The notes under the pieces are model-generated. The model saw only the letters and a program-made list of their open reading frames with translations. It did no database searches and had not been told where the DNA came from. A DNA stretch of 64,000 nt from Acutalibacteraceae bacterium (GTDB lineage: Bacteria > Bacillota > Clostridia > Oscillospirales > Acutalibacteraceae). Both the position numbers and the translations under genes were made by a program. Every line of letters begins with the position of its first letter. The stretch's first letter is position 1. Location of the stretch: assembly GCA_045604765.1 (NCBI GenBank), contig JAZUOS010000054.1, forward strand, positions 14,267 through 78,266, read 5' to 3'. Positions 1 to 9,704 of the stretch are shown piece after piece.

Positions 1-487
1 CTCGTTTGTTACCATTGGCGGTGCATTTATACATTCCCTTTTGCTCATCGTATGTAAAACCAAAACCTGCCAAAAAGTCAAAGGCTTTTTTGCGTGTAAC
101 CTCTATTCCCTCTTTAAAGTTTTTGTCGGCAAAGTCGGTGTGTTCGTACCACTTTTCACCTAAGTCGACAACCTCTTTTGATGCAAATTTCTCAATATAG
201 CTTGGCTGTGCAAAAACCCAGCCACGCTCACCGTTTTTACTGTCAAAGGAAAAATATTTTGCCGCCACAGCCTCGTGACACCATTCAAGTATGGTAGCCT
301 CTTTTTTTAGTATCTCACAGGTGGGCTGTGATGTAAGTATTGCCCGATTAGAACTTGAAGAATATATTTCATCAATGCCGTGAAGTGCAAGTCTTTTTGC
401 TACTGCTTCCGCCTGCCTGTGACCGAGTGGTGTCAGGCTGTCGGGATTATAGATTGGGTCACCGTGTCTTACATAATATAAAAGCAT
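1..487 (-). CDS. histidine phosphatase (phosphoglycerate-mutase-like) family protein, C-terminal end outside window
   Basis: Absent from the ORF track because no stop lies in the window. Minus-strand translation from the ATG at 485-487 reads MLLYYVRHGDPIYNPDSLTPLGHRQAEAVAKRL, which contains the RHG catalytic motif. AGGAG lies 8 nt upstream. Confidence 0.75.
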   Translation of the reverse strand, partial: MLLYYVRHGDPIYNPDSLTPLGHRQAEAVAKRLALHGIDEIYSSSSNRAILTSQPTCEILKKEATILEWCHEAVAAKYFSFDSKNGERGWVFAQPSYIEKFASKEVVDLGEKWYEHTDFADKNFKEGIEVTRKKAFDFLAGFGFTYDEQKGMYKCTANGNKR

Positions 488-500
488 AGTTATATCTCCT

Positions 501-1673
501 TTAAATTCTGGTTACGCCGCTTTTGCGCGCGGCTTCGGCTACAGCCGACGCTACTGTTGGCGCTATGCGTTTGTCAAACGCTTTTGGCAATATGTAGTCG
601 GCGCTAAGCTCAGCGTCACTTACTAAAGACGCAATAGCGTGCGAGGCCGCAGTTAGCATTTGCTTATTAATATCAGCGGCTCTTACATCAAGCGCGCCGC
701 GGAATATGCCCGGAAAGGCAAGCACGTTATTTATCTGATTTGCAAAATCAGACCTACCGGTGCCTACAACTATAGCACCCCCCGCAAGCGCCTCATCGGG
801 CATAATCTCAGGCACGGGGTTTGCCATCGGAAACACAATCGAGCCGCTGTTCATAGATGCTATCATTTCGCGCGTTACAATGTTTGGCGCTGATACACCG
901 ATAAACACATCGGCATTTTTAAGCACTTCGGCAAGACTACCCTTTTCGCAGTTTGGGTTTGTCTTTTGGGCAAGCTTTTTGTGTGCATCACTTAAATGTG
1001 GCGCACCGTTATATATGGCGCCCGCTTTGTCACACATAACAAGGTTTTTAACCCCCATATCAAGCAAATGCTCACCAATTGCTGTACCTGCAGCACCTGC
1101 ACCGTTTATTACACATTTTATATCGGCAATGCTTTTTCCAACCACCTTAAGCGCGTTAATCAACGCAGCAGCCACCACAACGGCGGTGCCGTGCTGATCG
1201 TCGTGAAATACGGGTATGTCGCAAATTTCTTTAAGTCTACGTTCTATTTCAAAACAGCGAGGCGCAGCTATATCCTCAAGATTTATTCCACCAAATGAGC
1301 CTGACAGCAAATAAATTGTGCGAACGATTTCGTCAACATCTTGCGACTTTATGCAAAGCGGAAAGGCGTCTACATCGGCAAATTCTTTAAAAAGCACGCA
1401 TTTACCCTCCATAACGGGCATTCCTGCCTCGGCGCCAATGTCACCAAGGCCTAAAACCGCACTGCCGTCAGTTATAACCGCCACCATATTGCTGCGACGG
1501 GTCAGTTCGTAAGACTTAGTTTTATCCTTTTGAATTTCAAGACAAGGCTCGGCAACGCCCGGTGTGTACGCCAAAGACAGCGCCTTGCTGTCACGCACAG
1601 GCGTTCGTGACACAACCTCTATTTTACCCTGCCATTCATAATGTTTTTTTAGTGATTCTTGTTTTATATCCAT
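501..1673 (-). CDS. NAD(P)-dependent malic enzyme (short form)
   Basis: 390 aa. Motifs LAYTPGVA, VITDGSAVLGLGDIG, GGINLEDI, FHDDQHGTA and a GAGAAG Rossmann motif. Confidence 0.9.
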   Translation of the reverse strand: MDIKQESLKKHYEWQGKIEVVSRTPVRDSKALSLAYTPGVAEPCLEIQKDKTKSYELTRRSNMVAVITDGSAVLGLGDIGAEAGMPVMEGKCVLFKEFADVDAFPLCIKSQDVDEIVRTIYLLSGSFGGINLEDIAAPRCFEIERRLKEICDIPVFHDDQHGTAVVVAAALINALKVVGKSIADIKCVINGAGAAGTAIGEHLLDMGVKNLVMCDKAGAIYNGAPHLSDAHKKLAQKTNPNCEKGSLAEVLKNADVFIGVSAPNIVTREMIASMNSGSIVFPMANPVPEIMPDEALAGGAIVVGTGRSDFANQINNVLAFPGIFRGALDVRAADINKQMLTAASHAIASLVSDAELSADYILPKAFDKRIAPTVASAVAEAARKSGVTRI

Positions 1674-1680
1674 AATAAAC

Positions 1681-2901
1681 TCATTTCTTTTTTGTGATAG
1701 CTATCATAAACGGGATTGCAAGTAATGGGAATATAGCACCCGAAAGTATACCTATTTTCATGCTTAACTGCTCGGTTGTAAGAGACAGTTGTGTTGCAAG
1801 CTCGGTTACAGCAGGTATTGTCATTGCCTTATCGGTAACCGAACCTAAAAGCTGTGGACCAAGCGCTGCACCCAAGTCGCCACCCGATGCCATCATAGCA
1901 AAAATAAACACACCACCCGATGGAAAACGCTCGGACGATACGAGTATGCTGCCCGGCCAAAGCATAGATACGCAAAAGCCCGTGAATACGCAAGCAATAA
2001 TCCCAACTATAGCATTACTTGTAAGTGCCGCTGTTATGTAACAGATAAATGCGCCTGCCGAGCCGAAAATCAAAACCCTGCTAACACTTTTGCCCCTTGC
2101 GCTGTAAATTGTGCGGCCCAGTCCCAAAAATAGTGCAAAAAGCGCCATGCCCAATAGGTCACCCCAAATTTTTGGAATACCCATTGATTTTTCAAGATAG
2201 GCCGAACACCACTGCGTCATTGTCATCTCGGCGGCACCGCCAAAGAATATTGCCGTAACGCATAGCCAAAGCATTTTGTTTTTTAGCAACTTTACAATTC
2301 CCGACGCCTTTTGTGGTGTTTCTATTTCGGGCATATCGGTAGAGAAAAACAAAGCGGTCGAGGTTATAGGAATAAGTAAAAACAGCATTGCCAACCACTG
2401 CCAATTCTCGCTGCCTACAAAAAACAAAAACGCAGTGCCCACAATTATTACACCAACTACACCCCAAGGGTATACCGCGTGTAATTTGCTGATTTCTTTG
2501 TCGGGGTTATCGGACGGAATAGACAGTATTAGCGGATTTGCCAAAACCTCGTTAAAGCCGCTTGATGCAGAGAAAATTACCGTGCCTATTACAAGCCCCG
2601 TATATACGTGGTTTGGGAAAACAAACGGAAATACTGCATATATTAAAAGTCCTGTTGTCACAAGCACGGGAATAAGCCGCACAGTTTTTTTGATGTTAAA
2701 TTTATGCGGAATAAACGACAGCATCAAATCAATGCCAAGCTGGGTTAAAAAGTTTATTAAAACAAGAAGTCCAAGCTTGGTGAAAGAAATGCCATAAAGT
2801 GTACGAAAAGTTACAAACAGTAGTGGTGAAAGACAGGCCACCACCGACATTGAAAGGTTGGCGGTATATGCCGCCCATTTAAGACGATTATAGTTTATCA
2901 T
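1681..2901 (-). CDS. MFS transporter
   Basis: 406 aa with about 12 hydrophobic helices. Overlaps the upstream gene by 4 nt, so it is in an operon. Confidence 0.8.
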   Translation of the reverse strand: MINYNRLKWAAYTANLSMSVVACLSPLLFVTFRTLYGISFTKLGLLVLINFLTQLGIDLMLSFIPHKFNIKKTVRLIPVLVTTGLLIYAVFPFVFPNHVYTGLVIGTVIFSASSGFNEVLANPLILSIPSDNPDKEISKLHAVYPWGVVGVIIVGTAFLFFVGSENWQWLAMLFLLIPITSTALFFSTDMPEIETPQKASGIVKLLKNKMLWLCVTAIFFGGAAEMTMTQWCSAYLEKSMGIPKIWGDLLGMALFALFLGLGRTIYSARGKSVSRVLIFGSAGAFICYITAALTSNAIVGIIACVFTGFCVSMLWPGSILVSSERFPSGGVFIFAMMASGGDLGAALGPQLLGSVTDKAMTIPAVTELATQLSLTTEQLSMKIGILSGAIFPLLAIPFMIAITKKK

Positions 2902-3695
2902 TTTTCTATCCCCAATAGCTTCCCGGCGTTTTTGTGTGTGATTTTGTCCATATCTTCGACCGATAAACCAAGTGTATTAAGCAATCTTTTTTCCATATCG
3001 GGCGTATGCCACGGAGTATCGGTACCAAAAAGCATACGGTCGGGTGTGTGAAGCGACATAATCTTTTCGGCGTAATATTTTGGCATCATTGCATAGCCAA
3101 ACGAAATATCAAAATAAATATCTTTTCCGCAAAGATATTTAATTACATCCTCATTACAGTTAATGCCGCCCCAATGAGCCGCTACCACAGGCGTGCTAAA
3201 CCACTCAAGCGCACGTGCCATTTTGTCGGGCGTGGCGCCGTAAGGCGGGGCAAAGCCGTAGTCAAACCCTGCATGGAAAACGGTAATAAGTCCAAGCTCC
3301 GAAATCTTTTTATAAAGCGGTTTAAGGCGAATATCGTCAACATTAAAGCCCTGATAATCGGGGTGCAGCTTTACACCCTTAAGACCTAACTCTTTTATGC
3401 GTTCAAGCTCGTCGAACGCATCCTCACTGAACGGAAAAACCGAACCAAATGAAAAAATAGTTTTATTATCATTTATCGACGCGGCAAAGTCATTTACACT
3501 GTGTTGCTGATGCGCGTTGGTAGCAATATTTAACACTACCGATACGTCTACCCCACCCTTTTTCATAGAATCTTTTAGCCCTGATACCGTGCCGTCGGTA
3601 TAGGGGGTCAGTCCGCCCGAAGTAAAGCTTAGTTTTTCGATAGCCTTGGGCGCTATTTTGTCGGGGAAACAGTGGGTGTGAAAATCTATAAGCAT
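2898..3695 (-). CDS. amidohydrolase-family metal-dependent hydrolase
   Basis: 265 aa. N-terminal IDFHTHCFP metal-binding motif and TIM-barrel hydrolase-like pattern. Confidence 0.7.
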   Translation of the reverse strand: MLIDFHTHCFPDKIAPKAIEKLSFTSGGLTPYTDGTVSGLKDSMKKGGVDVSVVLNIATNAHQQHSVNDFAASINDNKTIFSFGSVFPFSEDAFDELERIKELGLKGVKLHPDYQGFNVDDIRLKPLYKKISELGLITVFHAGFDYGFAPPYGATPDKMARALEWFSTPVVAAHWGGINCNEDVIKYLCGKDIYFDISFGYAMMPKYYAEKIMSLHTPDRMLFGTDTPWHTPDMEKRLLNTLGLSVEDMDKITHKNAGKLLGIEK

Positions 3696-3744
3696 TTAAA
3701 AAACCTTCTTTTTTGAGATAAACTTATTATCTCCCATTGCAAAT

Positions 3745-3780
3745 ACAAAATTCGGCGCGGCGTAAAGTCGCCACGCCGAA
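3745..3780 (-). terminator. Rho-independent terminator after the 76-aa ORF
   Basis: 12-bp GC-rich stem (ttcggcgcggcg / cgccacgccgaa, 1 mismatch), followed by a T-run on the minus strand. Confidence 0.5.
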
Positions 3781-3793
3781 CCTGCGTTTAGAA

Positions 3794-4024
3794 TTAGTGA
3801 GCCTTGCGCCACTCGTCAGCCTTTTCGGCAGACATTCTCTTGATGTTTTCCTCAGGGTAAATAGAGTCAACACCGCCATTTACATAAAGAAAATATTTAC
3901 CGCTTTCGGTTACGTAAAGGCTTTCTTCATAACCGTCGGTGTCACCAAACGCACCGTATGTATGCTTTTTAATAAGCGCTGCGGTTTCGGTATCGTATTC
4001 TACCTTGCAAATAATCTTTTTCAT
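3794..4024 (-). CDS. small hypothetical protein
   Basis: 76-aa ORF with GGAG-type RBS (aaaggagaaaaattATG) and its own terminator. Confidence 0.5.
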   Translation of the reverse strand: MKKIICKVEYDTETAALIKKHTYGAFGDTDGYEESLYVTESGKYFLYVNGGVDSIYPEENIKRMSAEKADEWRKAH

Positions 4025-4079
4025 AATTTTTCTCCTTTAATTTTGTCGTGTAATATTATATATTGCAATAAAGATAATT

Positions 4080-4832
4080 TCAAGTTTTTTTAAAAACAAA
4101 TAAATATTCGTGTGCTATAAGTAGAAAATTGTATTTTACACTATTGGTTTTCCAATAACCTGTAGCCTTACAATTATGCTGTTCTTTTATAATCAATTCT
4201 TTAAGTTTAAATCCTGCATTTTCAAATATCCGCATAACTTCAAATGACATTGGTATCATATGTCCTTTTTGGCGCGTGTCGCCCATAAGCACGGCACAAA
4301 ACTTATCTTCTTTGAGAACACGATAGCTTTCGTTTGCTACCTTTCTCATTTCTTGTAAAAAGTCTTTAACTTTTAACAAAGATAAATCTTCGGGTATGTC
4401 TTCACTATAATTGATTATATCTGCATAAGGCGGATGCGTGCAAATTAAATCTATACTATTGTCCGGTATAAAATTTAACTTTCTTGCATCGCCTTTACGG
4501 ATATAAACTTTACCATTTGCACCTTCGTGTTCAAAATTGGTTTTATCTTTGCATCGTTCAAGAGCAACATCATTAACATCAACACCGATTATATCTCTAT
4601 TAAGCAATTTTGCTTCAACAAGTGTTGTTCCGCCACCTGCAAATTGGTCAAGAACCAAATCCCCCTCATTAGAGTAACGCAGGATAATATTCCTTGGAAT
4701 ATACGGTGACCAGTTTCCACGCCATTTTGCATCGTGAGTAGCCCAATCACCACGTTTAGGAAAAGACCAGTGCGTAGTCATTTCCAGTTCAAAATCTTCG
4801 GGTTCCCATTTTGTAATCTTTTTATTAGGCAT
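4080..4832 (-). CDS. DNA amino-methyltransferase (N6-A or N4-C), second methylase of the R-M cassette
   Basis: 250 aa. SAM motif VLDQFAGGGTT, followed about 65 aa later by catalytic THPPY. Its start overlaps the stop of the upstream ORF (TAATG). Confidence 0.8.
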   Translation of the reverse strand: MPNKKITKWEPEDFELEMTTHWSFPKRGDWATHDAKWRGNWSPYIPRNIILRYSNEGDLVLDQFAGGGTTLVEAKLLNRDIIGVDVNDVALERCKDKTNFEHEGANGKVYIRKGDARKLNFIPDNSIDLICTHPPYADIINYSEDIPEDLSLLKVKDFLQEMRKVANESYRVLKEDKFCAVLMGDTRQKGHMIPMSFEVMRIFENAGFKLKELIIKEQHNCKATGYWKTNSVKYNFLLIAHEYLFVFKKT

Positions 4833-5371
4833 TATATGGTTTCCTCTTTTTCGTCAGGAACGGGCAATCCCAATTTTGATAGTGGAATATATCCAAAATA
4901 ATACTGGCATCTTACGCTTATTATGTAATCTAAAACATCCTTATATTTTGGATCTCTAAACCAATCATCCAATATATAAATGTATTCAACATCTATATTT
5001 GCAGGTGCCAAAAGTTTCTGATACTGTTTTCTTTTAAAATCGCACGTTTGTAATTTTTCATCAACCGAACCCGCTACCTGTTGGTGTTTACATTCAATAA
5101 CATATAGTATATTTTTTACAATTACATATATACTATCGTCGGGAAATAATCGTTTAGAAATAATTTTCTCCCACTCAATTCCAATCTCTTTCAAGAAGGT
5201 ATAAAAAGCGTGCTTTTTAAAAATACGCCCCACTTGGGTGCCTTTGTAATAAACTTTTCCGTCAGTTACTGAATAACCGTCCTGTTTTGCCAAAAAAGTT
5301 GCCAAGTCAGTTTTGCCTTCAAAAATTAGACCTGTTTTTGTGTTGCCGCCGCCTTTGCCACCTTTTATCAT
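4832..5371 (-). CDS. putative type II restriction endonuclease (PD-(D/E)xK-like)
   Basis: 179 aa lying between two methylase genes. PDD-x13-ECK signature. GGAGG RBS 7 nt upstream. Family not recognised. Confidence 0.5.
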   Translation of the reverse strand: MIKGGKGGGNTKTGLIFEGKTDLATFLAKQDGYSVTDGKVYYKGTQVGRIFKKHAFYTFLKEIGIEWEKIISKRLFPDDSIYVIVKNILYVIECKHQQVAGSVDEKLQTCDFKRKQYQKLLAPANIDVEYIYILDDWFRDPKYKDVLDYIISVRCQYYFGYIPLSKLGLPVPDEKEETI

Positions 5372-5383
5372 TTTTATTCCTCC

Positions 5384-6451
5384 TTAAAAATTACTAATAA
5401 GTAATTCTTTGATTTTTCCTCTTGAAGCACCCTTGCTGTTAATCATTCGATTTGCTTCTACGCGATTTATATTATGCTTCGAGTAAATGTCATCAAAGAA
5501 ATTATCTTCCGAATTTGTGTTTTTGGGATCAGAGTTACTAATAACTATTTTTGCACCCTTTTTGTCCATCAAATCAACAAACTTTGCAAGCTCAATTTGT
5601 TCTGCATCATTAAAAAGATTTTCGGTATATGCTGTAAAACCAGACGTTTCCGTAAGCGGTCTATATGGCGGATCAAAATAAACGAAAGTTTTCTCGTCTA
5701 TAAAATCTGCCGCTTCTCTATAATCGCCGCATACTATTGTAACACCCTGCAACTTTTCTGAAACCAAACGCAGATTTTCTTCATCACATATTAAGGGGTT
5801 CTTGTACGCCCCCATAGGTACATTAAATTGACCTTTTTTATTAACACGATACAATCCGTTGAAGCACGTTTTATTCAAAAAAATCATTAATGCTGCTTTT
5901 TCAATATTTTCATTTGTATCGCCATTAACTTTTAAATCGTTGAATTTATTGCGAATTTTATTATAGTAAGATTTTCTATCTTCGGTATCTAAAAATGAAA
6001 ATTCATTTTGTAATAAATAAAGATTTTCTACCAATGCATCAATGTTGTTGCGAACCATTTTATAAGCGTTCATAAGTTCAACATTTATGTCGCTTATATA
6101 AATTTCTTTTAAATCATACTTACCAAGTATGTCAAACAAAACTGCTCCACCGCCAACAAACGGTTCGGCGTATTTTGTTATTTCAGTATTAAAAGGATAA
6201 TATTTTTTTATTTCGTGAAGCAATTGACCTTTTCCGCCTGCCCACTTTAAAAAAGGTTTAACTGTTTTTTCGGTGGTATTATAGCGCAAGGTTCTTGCAT
6301 CTTCAGGCTTTTTAGCGTCAATAGGAATTATCCACATATTTCCAAGAGTTGCAACGTTTGTTATACGGTTTTCTTTGCATAGAGTTAAAACGCGTCTATG
6401 TGATATATTCCATTTTTCAGCAGCTTCGCTTGCAGTCATATACGCCAACAT
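5384..6451 (-). CDS. Dam-family N6-adenine DNA methyltransferase with N-terminal helix-turn-helix extension
   Basis: 355 aa. Motifs FLKWAGGKGQLL, EPFVGGGAVLF and YFDPPYRPL. The first ~50 aa (TASEAAEKWNISHRRVLTLCKENRI) look like an HTH. Confidence 0.85.
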   Translation of the reverse strand: MLAYMTASEAAEKWNISHRRVLTLCKENRITNVATLGNMWIIPIDAKKPEDARTLRYNTTEKTVKPFLKWAGGKGQLLHEIKKYYPFNTEITKYAEPFVGGGAVLFDILGKYDLKEIYISDINVELMNAYKMVRNNIDALVENLYLLQNEFSFLDTEDRKSYYNKIRNKFNDLKVNGDTNENIEKAALMIFLNKTCFNGLYRVNKKGQFNVPMGAYKNPLICDEENLRLVSEKLQGVTIVCGDYREAADFIDEKTFVYFDPPYRPLTETSGFTAYTENLFNDAEQIELAKFVDLMDKKGAKIVISNSDPKNTNSEDNFFDDIYSKHNINRVEANRMINSKGASRGKIKELLISNF

Positions 6452-6475
6452 TCAAATCACATCCTTATATGTATG

Positions 6476-6504
6476 ATTATATTCCAAAACTGGAACAAAT
6501 GCAA
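6476..6504 (-). promoter_or_regulatory. sigma-A type promoter of the R-M cassette, with a palindrome in the spacer
   Basis: Minus strand reads TTGCAT-17 nt-TATAAT. The spacer contains TTCCA-N4-TGGAA (6482-6495). Confidence 0.5.
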
Positions 6505-6515
6505 TACCAATTTAA

Positions 6516-6549
6516 AATTCCCAAAGGAAAATCCTTTGGGAATTTTTGT
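6516..6549. terminator. bidirectional Rho-independent terminator (end of the GH38 gene)
   Basis: 12-bp perfect stem aattcccaaagg / cctttgggaatt, flanked by an A-run and a T-run. Confidence 0.65.
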
Positions 6550-6551
6550 GT

Positions 6552-9500
6552 TTATTTTATAAATTTAAGCGTTACTATCTCAAAGTTTGATACAGGAACG
6601 GTGACCTTATTGCCGTCGAATTTAAGTTCCTCTATTACGTTTTCCATAAGGTCGCAAAGATATGCCGCCTTAAAGCCGTCGGCTACGGTGATGGTAGCGT
6701 TTGCGCGGCGGTTAAACGCATCGTACATACGTACTATCATGCCGTCGTCTGCCTCTGCCTTTTTAACCGTTTCAACAATAACGTTTGGCTTGTTGCAAGA
6801 AACGAGCGAGAACTCGTCGGCAAGTGTGCCGCTGTTTGCCTTGACCTCGGCTACGGTAAATGGCTGATTTAACGCATACGCTTCGTTTATAAGACCTGCA
6901 TCGCAGAAATTGCCCTCATAAGCCATAATTGAATAGGTAAGCTTATGCTCGCCCTGGTCGGCCTCGGCATTGGGGTACTGACTACATTTAAGCACTGTAA
7001 GCTTCATTGTGCTGCCCTCGGTATTAAAACCGTATTTGCAGTCGTTAAGCAGACCCACACCATAACCGCTGTCGGCAACGGTAATCCACTTGTGAGCGCA
7101 AACCTCAAATTTAGCGGCATCCCAGCTGGTGTTTGCGTGGGTTGGACGCTCGATATGACCAAATTGTGTCTCATAGGTTGCAGTATTAGCAAGAACGTCA
7201 ACAGGGAAAGCAACCTTTAATACCTGATGATGCTCGTGCCAGTCAAGCGTGGTGTCAAAGTCGATACGACCTGTATCGGAATAGAGCCAAATGTTTTGTG
7301 CGATTTCGGAATCAAGGTATTTTTTAACCACCTTAAAGCCTGCGCGAGAGCCGTCAGTAATAGGTGTAATGGTAGCCTCGTCATCAAGCACCCATTTCTT
7401 TTCCTTATAATAATCGGTGATTTCCCAGTTATCATAAAGGCGTGGGTAATCCTCGAATGCTTGGAATTCGTTACCTAATTCGCCCTGCTTTAACACCTGA
7501 CGGTCTGCCTTTTTGTCATAAAGCTCTACTATTCTACCCGCGTTATCGAGTGTCATTTTATAGAACTTGTTTTCGGCGGTAAGACCGTCGATTTTAACCT
7601 CTGCGGTATCGTTAAACTGATTTATAACCTTAAAGCCAAAAGCGGGAATGCTGTCGGTAAGCTCTACTGTTTTACCGCCCACAGTTGCAATGCCCTTACG
7701 CTCAAAGCCTGATGGGTTGTAAACCAATACGCCGCCGTCGGTGGTAATATTGTTTGCGATAACATCCATCTTTTCGTTTATAACGTTGTCGGTATATTCG
7801 GCAATTTGTTTGTAATCGATATCGGTGCCGTCATAAACCTCTTTAATAGAAGAACCGGGGATTATATCGTGAAACTGATTATGAAGAACAAGGTTCCAGT
7901 TGTGATACAGACCCTTTTCGTCGTAATTACTGCCAAGCATTGAGCCAATGTATGATATACCCTCTGCCTTGCCGAGTGCCATTTCGCTTAGTCGGTTGCC
8001 GCGCTTATTTTTTGCCATAGAGGTATATGTGCCGCGGTGCAGCTCAAGATATAACTCGCCCACCCATTTTGGTGTGCGCTTTAGTTTCTTACAAGCGGCG
8101 TCAAATTCCTCACGCTTGGTATCAAGATGCTCTAGTAATGTTGGCAATTTTGTAACCGGCATACCGGGAATACCGCGTGCCATACGGCGCTGTTTTTCAA
8201 GCATTTCTTTGGTAGGACCACCGCCGCCGTCACCAAAGCCGTAGGTTGTAAGCGCGTGGTTAGAATATTGCTTGTTTGCAAACTTGTTCCAAGTGCCCTT
8301 GATTTCATTTGGGTTGTTGTGCGCTACGTAGGTTGTGTATCTGTCGGGGTCTATGCCGTGATAGGCCTGTGCGGTAATAAAGTTTGTAAATATTTCGGTA
8401 CCGTCAAGGCCCTGCCACATAAATGTGTCAACAGGCATTGTGTTGGTTTCGTTCCAAGAAATTTTAGAGGTTACAAAGTGGCGGATGCCGCTCTTTTTAA
8501 GTATTTGTGGCAACGCTGCCGAATAACCGAAAACGTCGGGCAAGAAGAGTATTTTATTTTCAACGCCAAACTCGTCTTTAAAGAACTTTTTGCCCTGATA
8601 AATTTGACGCACAAGACTTTCGCCGCTTATAAGGTTACAGTCGGCCTCAACGTACATTGAGCCTTCGGGTTCCCATCTGCCCTCGGTAATAAGCTGCTTT
8701 AATTCCTCATACTTTTCGGGAGCCTCTTCCTTTAAATAGCGGTAAAGCTCAGGTTGAGAGAGCATAAATTTATATTCAGGGTACTTTTTCATAAGTGCCA
8801 ATGCATTTGTAAAGCTGCGCTGAATTTTTTCTCTTGTTTGAGCGCGCGCCCAAAGCCACTCTATGTCAATGTGGGTATGAGCTATGCAGTCAACAATAGG
8901 CTTGCCCTCTTCAGTGCAAAGCTTGTCATAAAATTCTTTCGCAATAAAGTCTATAGCTTTAGCAACACTTGCCTTATACTCGTCGCTGCGGGGCTTGCGA
9001 AAATCTATAAGATTACAGGTTTGCTCAAGCACGGGTATAATGATTTCGTGTGGATCCTCGTTTTGCTTGTGCATCATAAACACATCATAGGGCACGCGGA
9101 TATCATAGTAAAGCTGTTCGCTTTTTTCATCCAACTCGCACATAGACATATAAAGCGGAACGTTGTTTTTAAGTAGTCCCAAATAAAAATAGTTGTACAT
9201 TGTGTACTCGGTATCAGGCTCGAGATAAACCTCGGTATGATTGGTATCAATGCCCTGAACCATTTCACCGTTAAGATATATAAGACCCTGCGGATTTGTG
9301 CCGTCCCACTCGCCTTCATAGCCTGTGGTGCACTTTATGTAATAAGAGGTGTTCTCTTTTTTAGGCGGAGTTTTAAAACTTGTGCGAATCCAATAGTGCG
9401 CATCTCTGCCAGTCATTCGAGTATCTCGGGTAAACGGTTGCCACGGGGCATCATCACCGGGTAAAACGTTGTCGGTTTTGTAATCACACTGCAAATACTC

Positions 9501-9587
9501 GGCATCTACAATATCGTAGAGCTTTGTGTTTGCAAACTGATTAAGTTTTTGCCAAGTTATTCTGATTTTTTCATCAATAAATGCCAT
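6552..9587 (-). CDS. GH38 alpha-mannosidase
   Basis: About 1011 aa. HTHIDIEWLW motif and a long GH38-like body. Start moved to the ATG at 9587, which is preceded by GAAAGGCGG. The ORF track starts at 9605. Confidence 0.9.
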   Translation of the reverse strand: MAFIDEKIRITWQKLNQFANTKLYDIVDAEYLQCDYKTDNVLPGDDAPWQPFTRDTRMTGRDAHYWIRTSFKTPPKKENTSYYIKCTTGYEGEWDGTNPQGLIYLNGEMVQGIDTNHTEVYLEPDTEYTMYNYFYLGLLKNNVPLYMSMCELDEKSEQLYYDIRVPYDVFMMHKQNEDPHEIIIPVLEQTCNLIDFRKPRSDEYKASVAKAIDFIAKEFYDKLCTEEGKPIVDCIAHTHIDIEWLWARAQTREKIQRSFTNALALMKKYPEYKFMLSQPELYRYLKEEAPEKYEELKQLITEGRWEPEGSMYVEADCNLISGESLVRQIYQGKKFFKDEFGVENKILFLPDVFGYSAALPQILKKSGIRHFVTSKISWNETNTMPVDTFMWQGLDGTEIFTNFITAQAYHGIDPDRYTTYVAHNNPNEIKGTWNKFANKQYSNHALTTYGFGDGGGGPTKEMLEKQRRMARGIPGMPVTKLPTLLEHLDTKREEFDAACKKLKRTPKWVGELYLELHRGTYTSMAKNKRGNRLSEMALGKAEGISYIGSMLGSNYDEKGLYHNWNLVLHNQFHDIIPGSSIKEVYDGTDIDYKQIAEYTDNVINEKMDVIANNITTDGGVLVYNPSGFERKGIATVGGKTVELTDSIPAFGFKVINQFNDTAEVKIDGLTAENKFYKMTLDNAGRIVELYDKKADRQVLKQGELGNEFQAFEDYPRLYDNWEITDYYKEKKWVLDDEATITPITDGSRAGFKVVKKYLDSEIAQNIWLYSDTGRIDFDTTLDWHEHHQVLKVAFPVDVLANTATYETQFGHIERPTHANTSWDAAKFEVCAHKWITVADSGYGVGLLNDCKYGFNTEGSTMKLTVLKCSQYPNAEADQGEHKLTYSIMAYEGNFCDAGLINEAYALNQPFTVAEVKANSGTLADEFSLVSCNKPNVIVETVKKAEADDGMIVRMYDAFNRRANATITVADGFKAAYLCDLMENVIEELKFDGNKVTVPVSNFEIVTLKFIK

Positions 9588-9639
9588 AAATAGTCCGCCT
9601 TTCAAACATATAGTTTTATGATTTTATTTTATTATCAAA

Positions 9640-9658
9640 CCGCTTGAAATTCAAGTGG
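9640..9658. promoter_or_regulatory. palindrome in the divergent GH38/AraC promoter region (candidate operator)
   Basis: ccgCTTGAAaTTCAAGtgg. Related to the hairpins at 10537-10562 and 11630-11656. Confidence 0.3.
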
Positions 9659-9704
9659 TAATGTGATACTATAATTATGGTATTTTGATATTTTAGGAGA
9701 CGCT

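Noticed and set aside
6-200. 64-aa plus-strand ORF at the left edge
   Set aside because: It is antisense to the histidine-phosphatase gene, which runs off the window.
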